Shown piece after piece: positions 56,701 to 63,257 of a stretch of DNA of 64,000 nt; positions within the stretch are counted from its first letter, which is position 1; each line of letters begins with the position of its first letter. Under the pieces are notes generated by a model. It worked only from the letters and a program-made list of their open reading frames with translations. It was not told where the DNA came from and did not search any database. The translations under genes were made by a program, and so were the position numbers. The stretch spans positions 5,749 through 69,748 of the forward strand of contig DAITVZ010000006.1 in NCBI GenBank assembly GCA_036841525.1, in the 5' to 3' direction. The stretch is from Chloroflexota bacterium (lineage in GTDB: Bacteria; Chloroflexota; Anaerolineae; JAAYEA01).

Positions 56701-59106
56701 TAGAAAGACCAGCTCGAAGGCCAGCAGTCGGCGATGCTCCCGCCAGAAAGCTGTCACGCTGAGCCGCCGCTTGCGCAGTAGCAGATAGGAAAGGAATGCA
56801 ACTGCGGCGATCGCTCCCCACACGGCCCAGACGGTGTAGTTCCAGAGTCCCAGGCTCACCGGCATCCAGACGAGGTAGGAAACCAGCACCAGGCCAAGGG
56901 CCTTGGTGAGCAGATAGCCCCTATCAAGGAAGGTTGAAAAGACAGCGCTCGTCACCGGCCAGGCTACTAAGGAGACAAGGGCCAGGCCGAGAAGCCAGAC
57001 CACGATTGCGAGCGGGGTGCTCGAGCTGGCTACGCGGTTCCAGCCATAGTCAGAGACGGCTGGCAGGGCTTCCACTGGCACGTCCAGCATCAGTGGCTTC
57101 TGATATTGGGGCACGGGCAACACCACTGGCGCATCGGACCCCATGCGTGTGACCGCAGGCGCGGCGTTGAGGACATCGCCAAAGAGCCCGCGGATCTCCT
57201 GCTCGGGCAAGTCGCGGACCTTCTGGTAGATGAGCACCTTGGGATGATCATAGACGCTGAAACTCTCGTCGGCGGCATCGTCCACGAACGTCAGTCCCCA
57301 GATGGAAGGGTAGGACATGGCCGTGTGCGCGAGCTCGAAGCCCAGACGCTCGGTGAAGAGCAGCTCATAGTACTTGAGCTCCACGGGGTACCGCCAGGGC
57401 AGCCGCCGGATGGCCCCATACAGCCGCGGGGTAGCCAGCACGATATAGTCGGATCGCTGCATGGTCTGAATCAGATGCTGAAGCTTGGCCTCTGGGGCCA
57501 TGTCGTGATAGATGTCAAAGGTCACGTTGCCGGCCAGCCTGGACCGATTGAACCCTTCGAGGGCCAGGTCCACCGGCAGGGCGTCATCCCAAGCTTCCGC
57601 GCTCACCGTGGAGCCACGCGGGGCATTGGCGTATAGCCACCGAGAAGCGTCGTGCCAGGTGTGCGGCTTGGCATAGATGCTCATGAAAGCCAGCGCCCAG
57701 ACCAGCGTCGGGAGCAGGATGGCCACTACCGTGAGGGTGCTCACCACCCGCGAGAACCGCTCCGCTACGCTCGGGCTCACTTGCCGATCGGCCGTCAGGT
57801 GCGCCTGGACCCAGGGACGTGCCGCCAGATCGCGCCCCCAGCGGCCAAGGAGCCTCGCGACGCCGAGCACCAGCCAGGCCCCCAGGACGCACAGCGCTGG
57901 GACCAGCGGCAGCATGTACCGCATGAACTTGACCTCGTACCGGCCCACCACGGCCAAGTAGGGGAGTACCCAGCCAAGGAGCACCGCCATGCCACGCAGC
58001 CGATCGTCATAATACAGGGCGTGCATGGCGCGATGCCACCAGTTAAGGCCGCCTGCGCCACGCGGCCGAAGGAGTGTCCATACGATCAAAGCAGCTGCCG
58101 CTATCACGCCCGCAAAGGCAGCGATTCCCAGCGGCCAGCCCAGCCCCCAGCGCCCGAGGTTGCCCAGGTGGTACAGGTAGGGAAGGGTGTTGATATACTG
58201 GCGGGTGAATGGCCAGTCGTTCGCGCCGCTGACCATCTCGGATTGGTTCGCGAGGGCGGCGAGATACGTCTGGGGGTCAAGGAAGACATAGAACTCAAAG
58301 ACACCGTAGATCAACAGGGCGCCCAAGAGAACCAGAAAGACATAGCGGAGCCCGTGCAGCCAGGGTCGGCGCACCCTCTTGGCGGCGGGACCCAGGGCCC
58401 AGAGCAGCAGGGAGACGACAACCGCTGCAAGGGTGGTTGCTCCGCTGACCTTGCAGGCCATAGCCCCGCCCAGCGACAGCCCGAGGAGAAGCGCGTTGCG
58501 CCAACCGCCGCGGCGCGCCAAGCGCAGCCCCCAGCACAGGGCGCCGGTGGCGAACATGGCCAAGGCCAGATCAACGGTCATAAAGTGGCTGAGCTGTATG
58601 TGCGTGACGCTGAAAGCCAGGAAGGCGGCGCCAAGCAATCCCGCGCCGGGGCCAAAGAGCGCCGCGCCGATGGCGTATGCCAGCACAACCGTGATCAGGG
58701 CAAAGACAACCGTCACGGCGCGCCCGACGACAAAGTAACCATCGTAGGTGTCGAACTGTGGGTAGCCAAGCCAGCGCAGCGCCGCAGTCGTGGCGCGGTA
58801 GATGTAGATCGGGAGGGTGCCGTACGCGAGGTCGTAATGACCGCCGTCGGCCGGATTGATGCGACGAGGGTTCAGCGTGCTGACGTCGGGGTCGGCCAGG
58901 TTGCGCCAGTCGGGCGGCCAGGGCAGGGAGATGCGTCCCATCGTATTGGCCAGGTGGCGCTCGTCGGGATGGGGATATGCCCCGAAGTCGGCGTCCCACC
59001 CCAGGCCATAGATGCGCAGGGCGCCAGCGCACAGCAGGATGATCGCCAATGCCACAAACGCCAGGTTGCGGCGCCAAGTTGGGCCCAGTCGGTCTTGCAG
59101 CGACAC
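53779..59106 (-). CDS. Large membrane protein: GT39-like N-terminal module + DUF2298/Chlor_Arch_YYY domain + TPR repeats
   Basis: HPDERH GT-C motif; GGEKPMEFG, DPFFSGGYINYYYYG, TITEFPFWSFLFADLHPH, LDGLAYM; C-terminal TPR helices; GTG start with GGAGG RBS. Confidence 0.88.
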   Translation of the reverse strand: MSLQDRLGPTWRRNLAFVALAIILLCAGALRIYGLGWDADFGAYPHPDERHLANTMGRISLPWPPDWRNLADPDVSTLNPRRINPADGGHYDLAYGTLPIYIYRATTAALRWLGYPQFDTYDGYFVVGRAVTVVFALITVVLAYAIGAALFGPGAGLLGAAFLAFSVTHIQLSHFMTVDLALAMFATGALCWGLRLARRGGWRNALLLGLSLGGAMACKVSGATTLAAVVVSLLLWALGPAAKRVRRPWLHGLRYVFLVLLGALLIYGVFEFYVFLDPQTYLAALANQSEMVSGANDWPFTRQYINTLPYLYHLGNLGRWGLGWPLGIAAFAGVIAAAALIVWTLLRPRGAGGLNWWHRAMHALYYDDRLRGMAVLLGWVLPYLAVVGRYEVKFMRYMLPLVPALCVLGAWLVLGVARLLGRWGRDLAARPWVQAHLTADRQVSPSVAERFSRVVSTLTVVAILLPTLVWALAFMSIYAKPHTWHDASRWLYANAPRGSTVSAEAWDDALPVDLALEGFNRSRLAGNVTFDIYHDMAPEAKLQHLIQTMQRSDYIVLATPRLYGAIRRLPWRYPVELKYYELLFTERLGFELAHTAMSYPSIWGLTFVDDAADESFSVYDHPKVLIYQKVRDLPEQEIRGLFGDVLNAAPAVTRMGSDAPVVLPVPQYQKPLMLDVPVEALPAVSDYGWNRVASSSTPLAIVVWLLGLALVSLVAWPVTSAVFSTFLDRGYLLTKALGLVLVSYLVWMPVSLGLWNYTVWAVWGAIAAVAFLSYLLLRKRRLSVTAFWREHRRLLAFELVFLAAFAAGLLLRLGNPDIWHPVNGGEKPMEFGFLNAILRSSTMPPLDPFFSGGYINYYYYGLFAVSTLVKLSGLMPGVAFNLIIATLFALTVSGCFSVVATLTGRKLFGVVAGFLVVWVGPLSGAFPVRGRGGFGEVVSALQQLADPDTSGALARLWQGFWRWLGPATLPLRTDWFWDASRSHGFYENTITEFPFWSFLFADLHPHTINIPFTILSIALALRIAQGVRQVTETEGHTQERLRAAPWLVGFLAALVLGTLAVTNSWDFPAFALVAFGALLLAHAPRDGDDQPAGWRRKVRTILAATVGALALAGLGLALFFPFFTHFQAFIKGIGLVRYPTEFNYYWSFFGLFLFVLATYVVWRVAGRRATARSFSAEVSVASTSAEDGPRDAPLPDATPSPLVLDLDALAAEVPDVLALAEPVPSLLLGDEVPSAAVAAAPAKAPEATARSRLLAWLSSKWVFLVSLALLPLLLGIAQLLYPDVNWRQLLTLWSIAELILLSLAAMGRADLILPERFALWLGLAGLLISIGVEVIYIRDHLGDTWYRMNTIFKFYIQAWVLLALSAAACLGVLLRSWWVRRHALGAIWKVILGGLLLLAAAYPLVAIQSRWRDRFPAPPAWGTLDGLAYMETATYNWDGHQIYLEPDLKAIKWLIDNLEGTPIILQAPYGYYRENGVRIAVNTGLPTVLNPLHENEQRYDELIGPRHRDAEQMYRSMDAEETARLLAKYGVSYVYVGPFERSVYSEASLAKFDAMSEYLALVYDEDTVRIYRVLDQVRREFAGYVSGAAQAVAIPTVAPRAESSISRDALKTLERAAKADPGNAGLQFELGDRYRQLGRPEDAARVFEASLELHPEDVAMYHTLGDTYALMGDLEQALAQYARAVAVAPDNPAALNKLGMAYLERQHWGEAAQAFERATQADPGFAESFFHLGTALESQGDRTGARRAYTQAMQIGVGTDWEDRAAERLQAIGAN

Positions 59107-59141
59107 GGAGCAACCTCCAGCGGCCATAGTGCAACAGGGCT

Positions 59142-59169
59142 ATTGTAGCGGAATCCCGGGGCAGGTCAA
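59142..59169 (-). promoter_or_regulatory. Putative sigma70 promoter of the YYY gene
   Basis: TTGACC-16 bp-TACAAT. Confidence 0.45.
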
Positions 59170-59206
59170 AAAGCAAAGAGCCCACTGGCGACCCAGCAGG
59201 CCCTTT
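59167..59206 (-). terminator. Intrinsic terminator of ssrA
   Basis: 14-bp stem (with G-U pairs) AAAGGGCCTGCTGG-GTCG-CCAGTGGGCTCTTT followed by GCTTTTT. Confidence 0.8.
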
Positions 59207-59219
59207 ACTTTACATAACA

Positions 59220-59663
59220 TGGAGATGGCGGGAATCGAACCCGCGTCCAAAGAGTTCGCCCGCAAGCTTCTACAAGCTTAGCTGGTCTGTTGTTTCTCGC
59301 CCAACGACCACCCGTCCAGCAAGGATGTCATTAGGCCAGCCGATGATCTTGAGCCTCCTTATCGACATGGGGAAGCAGCACCCCGACTTTTATTACGCCC
59401 AGGGCTTGTCCCATCGGGGTGGGGGCAAGGTGGACGTGACCGCGGTTAGGCGGTCAGGGCCAGGAATGCGCTAGGACCGCTTACGCAGCGCCGGCTGGGG
59501 ATGCGCAAGGCACCCCTGCCCAAGGCTGCTTAGGCAGCCATCGCGTATTCGTAGGCCGGGAGTTTGGCTGTTTTGCCAGTTATTGTTTGCCCCATTTTAC
59601 GAGAGCGAGGCGCCTCGGCTTGCAGCTCACGGACAGCCGTCCCTGTCGAAACCTGTCATCCCC
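59220..59663 (-). ncRNA. ssrA: tmRNA (444 nt); tag GKTAKLPAYEYAMAA* at 59577-59530; CCA not encoded
   Basis: 5' GGGGATG pairs with 3' CATCTCC-A, including the G3-U wobble; T-arm GCGGG-TTCGATT-CCCGC; UAACU before the resume codon; GGCTGC-CTAA-GCAGCC stop hairpin; pk1-pk4 pairings traceable; directly downstream of smpB. Confidence 0.96.
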
Positions 59664-59731
59664 TGGATCAAGATCCGACTGGCAATCCAAACCCCACCAT
59701 ATCAACATCCCAAGGTGCATGGAACACCCAT

Positions 59732-59760
59732 ACTGTACCACAGATCACGTCGCGCGTCAA
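59732..59760 (-). promoter_or_regulatory. Putative sigma70 promoter of ssrA
   Basis: TTGACG-17 bp-TACAGT with TGn. Confidence 0.6.
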
Positions 59761-59778
59761 GTACCGCCAAGGACGCGA

Positions 59779-60243
59779 TCAGTAATCCTGCTCTTTCAGC
59801 GCGCGCTGGATGGAACGGTCCGCTTCCTTCTGCGCCAGCGCCTCTCGCTTGTCATAGAGTTTCTTGCCGCGAACCACGGCGATCTCCACCTTGGCCAGGT
59901 TGTTGAGCAAGTACATCCGCAACGGGACAATGGTGATGCCCTTCTCCTTGACCTGACTGTGCAGGCGCAGGATCTCTCGTCGATGCAGCAAGAGCTTGCG
60001 ATCCTGGCGCGGGTCGTGGTTGGCGCGGTTCCCCTGGTCATAGGGCGCGATGTGCACGTTGACCATCCAGGCCTCGCCGTTGCGGAAGGTGACATAGCCA
60101 TCCTTGAGGTTGACGCGGCCGGCGCGAACCGACTTGATCTCCGTCCCGGTCAGCACCAAGCCGGCCTCGAGCTTGTCATCCACGAAATAGTCGTGATAGG
60201 CTTTGCGGTTTACCGCGACGTCTCTTACCTTGTCGTCTTTCAT
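59779..60243 (-). CDS. smpB: SsrA-binding protein
   Basis: NRKAYHDY, EAGLVLTGTEIKS, RKLLLHRREI, RGKKLYDKRE. Confidence 0.98.
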   Translation of the reverse strand: MKDDKVRDVAVNRKAYHDYFVDDKLEAGLVLTGTEIKSVRAGRVNLKDGYVTFRNGEAWMVNVHIAPYDQGNRANHDPRQDRKLLLHRREILRLHSQVKEKGITIVPLRMYLLNNLAKVEIAVVRGKKLYDKREALAQKEADRSIQRALKEQDY

Positions 60244-61481
60244 CGCGCCTGCTTCTCAAGGAGATACTCGATCGCGCGCTGCAGTTGCGCGTCCTGGTCA
60301 GAGAGCACGGCGGAGGGATCCATCTCGACCAGGATGTCCGGCTCCAATCCCTCGCCATCGATCCCACGGCCATTCGGCGTGTACCAGCGCGCGATGGTCA
60401 GCACCAAAGAGGAGCCATCGCTCAGAGCGTAGGGTATCTGCATAGACCCTTTGCCGAAGGTGGTCGAGCCAATCAGCGTCCCACGCTGGCGATCCTGGAC
60501 AGCCCCCGCCACGATCTCGGAGGCGCTAGCGCTGCCCTCGTTTACCAGGACCACCAGCGGGATCTCGGTGGCGATCCCGCCGCCCCGTGCGGTATACTCG
60601 ACGCCCTCATCGCCCAGGCTCTTTCGCTCTATCAGCACGAGCCCCCGATCCAGGAACTCGCTGGCGATATCCACCGCCGCCGAGAGCAAGCCTCCTGGGT
60701 TGTTCCGCAGGTCGAGGATCAGGCCAGTTGGGCGCTGCTTTATCAGATCGGCGAGCGCCTCGTGCACCTGATCGCTCGCCTGGGCGTTGAACTCGTTGAG
60801 CCGCAGGTATCCCGGCCCCTCCGGCAAGACCCTGTACTCCACCGTGGCAAAGTCGAGCTTGGCGCGCACGATGGTGACCTCGAACTCGCTCGCCTCGTCC
60901 TCGGCCAGCCGCCGGACAAGCAGGCGAACAGAGGTACCCTCAGGGCCGCGGATCAGCGCCACCGCCTGGAGCACGCCGAGCCCCTCGAGCGGGCGGCCGT
61001 CCGCCTCCAAGATAATGTCGCCAGCGCGGATTCCGGCTTGCTCCGCGGGGCTGTTCGGCAGCGGCGCCACCACGGTCAAGAAGCCATCGACATTGTTCAC
61101 CGACGCGCCAATGCCCTCAAAACTGCCGCTGAGGTCCTCTTCCAGGACAGCGGCCGCTGCTGGGTCGACCCAAACCGTATGGTCGTCGCCCAGGGAGTCC
61201 ACCGTGCCACGGATCGCCCCGTAGATCATCTCTTGCTGATCGAGCGGCGCCTCGGTGTAAAAGCTCTCCTCGATGCGGTGCCAGGCCTCCCAGTACACGC
61301 GGAAGCTCTGCTCGAGCTCCTCGGAGACCTCCCCAACGGGGTACTGGACATCCGGGCGGCTGAACCAGGATACGCCATAACCCGCCAGAAAGGTGCCCGT
61401 CAGGAGCGCACCCGACAGTGTCGCCATCGCCAGCAGCCGAAGTAGTGGCTGCGCCTTCTGGTCTCCACTCTTGTTCGTCAT
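60240..61481 (-). CDS. ctpA: S41 carboxyl-terminal processing protease (PDZ), membrane-anchored
   Basis: FEGIG PDZ, DLRNNPGG, ASASEI, TFGKG; ATGA overlaps on both sides. Confidence 0.92.
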   Translation of the reverse strand: MTNKSGDQKAQPLLRLLAMATLSGALLTGTFLAGYGVSWFSRPDVQYPVGEVSEELEQSFRVYWEAWHRIEESFYTEAPLDQQEMIYGAIRGTVDSLGDDHTVWVDPAAAAVLEEDLSGSFEGIGASVNNVDGFLTVVAPLPNSPAEQAGIRAGDIILEADGRPLEGLGVLQAVALIRGPEGTSVRLLVRRLAEDEASEFEVTIVRAKLDFATVEYRVLPEGPGYLRLNEFNAQASDQVHEALADLIKQRPTGLILDLRNNPGGLLSAAVDIASEFLDRGLVLIERKSLGDEGVEYTARGGGIATEIPLVVLVNEGSASASEIVAGAVQDRQRGTLIGSTTFGKGSMQIPYALSDGSSLVLTIARWYTPNGRGIDGEGLEPDILVEMDPSAVLSDQDAQLQRAIEYLLEKQAR

Positions 61482-62809
61482 CTGTCACCCTCGGATTGCT
61501 CGGCCAGATACTGCAACGCCCGATCCAACTGCGGGTCGTTCCCTGCCTGCATGTCTTCCGTTGTCCGCGGCACCAGGATGTCCGGATCAAGCCCCAGGCC
61601 ATTGATCGGTCGCCGGTGCGGCGTCAGCCAGTGGGCGGCGGTCACGTGCAGGCTCGAGCCATCGCTGAGCTCGTGAACGTATTGCATGGAACCCTTGCCA
61701 TAGGTCTTTTCGCCGATTAGGACGCCCCGCGCATAGTCCTGGATCGCGCCGGCGACAATCTCGGCCGCGCTGGCGGTTCCCTCATCCACGAGGACCACCA
61801 AGCGCCCCTCGGCGTACGACGTAGCCGCGTCGGGAATCATATAGGCTTGCTCAACCAACTCGCCGTCCTCCCCGCGTCGCCTTTCGTAGAGCAGCACGCC
61901 CTCCGGGAGCAGCTTGCTGGCCACCTCACCGGAGGCGCTCAGCAAGCCGCCACGGTTCCCTCGCAAGTCCAGGACAATCTCCGAAATCCCCTGCTCGCGA
62001 ATCTCGGCCAGGGCGCCAGCCAGCTCGTCACCCGTGGGCTCGGCAAAGAAAGTCAGCTGCACGTAACCAACCTGGCCATCCTGCAAGGGTTCCCAGGTGA
62101 CCGTGATCTGCTTGATCTCGGCGCGAACCACTGGCACGAGTAGCAGGTCCTCCTGGTCCTGGCGCTGGATGCCAAGGGTCACCGTGGTCCCCACGGGCCC
62201 GCGAATGAGCAACACCACCTCGTCCTGTGACAGGCCATCCACCGCGACGCCGTCCACCTGCGCGATGATGTCTCCGGCGCGCAGGCCTGCCCCTTCCGCC
62301 GGCTGGCCCGGCATGATCGCCGAGATGAACGGCTGTCCTTCCTCGGTCATGCCGACATAGGCGCCGATGCCGCCAAAGCTGCCCTCGTATCCGCTCTTGT
62401 CTAGCTCGGCCTGGGGCGGCTCGACAAAAGAGGTGTGTGGATCACCCAGCGTGCCGACAAGCCCGCGAATGGCGCCATAGGCGGCCGCCTGGTAATCCAG
62501 GGCCTGCTCGGAGTAGAAATCGCGCTGGATCAGCTCCCATGCCTCGGAAAAGGGCTGCAAGCGCGAGCCCGGAGTTGCCTGTTCATCGGCGGCGCCACTC
62601 TCCGCTTGCGCGGAAGCGTCACCTCGCGCGGGATCCGCAGCCTGTGCATCGGGCGGTGGGGTAGGGGGGCGCACTTCGCTCACCCCAGGGGCAGATGGGC
62701 GAAGCGATCTCCCGTACCAACCGATTCCCAAGCCTGCAAGAAACGATGCGCCGCTCAAGCACAGGGCGCCAAACACCGCCGCAACAAGCCAAACAGACGA
62801 TTTCCGCAT
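61478..62809 (-). CDS. ctpA: S41 carboxyl-terminal processing protease (PDZ), membrane-anchored, second paralogue
   Basis: FGGIG PDZ, DLRGNRGG, ASAAEI, TYGKG; N-terminal TM plus Pro/Ala linker. Confidence 0.92.
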   Translation of the reverse strand: MRKSSVWLVAAVFGALCLSGASFLAGLGIGWYGRSLRPSAPGVSEVRPPTPPPDAQAADPARGDASAQAESGAADEQATPGSRLQPFSEAWELIQRDFYSEQALDYQAAAYGAIRGLVGTLGDPHTSFVEPPQAELDKSGYEGSFGGIGAYVGMTEEGQPFISAIMPGQPAEGAGLRAGDIIAQVDGVAVDGLSQDEVVLLIRGPVGTTVTLGIQRQDQEDLLLVPVVRAEIKQITVTWEPLQDGQVGYVQLTFFAEPTGDELAGALAEIREQGISEIVLDLRGNRGGLLSASGEVASKLLPEGVLLYERRRGEDGELVEQAYMIPDAATSYAEGRLVVLVDEGTASAAEIVAGAIQDYARGVLIGEKTYGKGSMQYVHELSDGSSLHVTAAHWLTPHRRPINGLGLDPDILVPRTTEDMQAGNDPQLDRALQYLAEQSEGDR

Positions 62810-63150
62810 GAGAGAGGGCCTTCCGCTTATGTTAAACGATTGCCGATTATTGACATAATCGCTAGGCATGTTAACTATTGCTATTCTAGCACATATCGGG
62901 GACAGAACCAAAAGCCTGCGCCTCCGGCCAGGGCCGGTCACATCCCAGTGGCCGAGGTGGAGCACAGGACGGCCAGGCCGTGCTCCGAACAGGGTCACCA
63001 CAACGAATCGAGACGGGTGTGCGCGAGCCAACCAAGGAGCGATGCGTCGACTGCGCGCGCGGGTTCGGCCAGTCACATGCTCGGTGCTACGTGGGCTTGA
63101 GCACGCGGCCACAAGACAACCAGCGATCGGAGAAGCCTGTTTGGGGGGGC

Positions 63151-63179
63151 TTGACACCCGGACAAGGTTATGGTATAAT
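63151..63179 (+). promoter_or_regulatory. Perfect-consensus sigma70 promoter of the recombinase gene
   Basis: TTGACA (63151-63156), 17 bp, TATAAT (63174-63179), with TGn extension. Confidence 0.85.
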
Positions 63180-63212
63180 ACTTCGCATAATGTCACTTAT
63201 ACGAAGTATTAT
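63175..63212. other. dif/loxP-like recombination site (16-bp arms, 6-bp core)
   Basis: ATAATACTTCGCATAA-TGTCAC-TTATACGAAGTATTAT; the arms are 15/16 complementary; lies 45 bp upstream of a tyrosine recombinase. Confidence 0.8.
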
Positions 63213-63257
63213 CTGCGCGAACACCCTGATCTCCGCCCCACTCACAAGGAGCGCCTG

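Noticed and set aside
59160-59230. Island integrated at the ssrA 3' end by the nearby recombinase
   Set aside because: The ssrA 3' end is followed directly by its terminator and a core-looking gene; no att duplication was noticed, and the recombinase lies on the 5' side beyond smpB and ctpA.
62810-62837. TTATGTTAAAC, a 10/11 match to the XerD arm of dif
   Set aside because: No XerC-like arm lies 6 bp upstream (GAGAGAGGGCC), so it is not a dif site; it is kept only as part of the AT-rich promoter patch.
63042-63257. In-frame upstream ATG that would add 72 codons to the recombinase and swallow the promoter and lox-like site
   Set aside because: Its AAGGAG is only 2 nt from the ATG, the added sequence is not protein-like, and a perfect promoter and a well-spaced RBS serve the ATG at 63258. 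Automated callers could hide the site inside the CDS this way.
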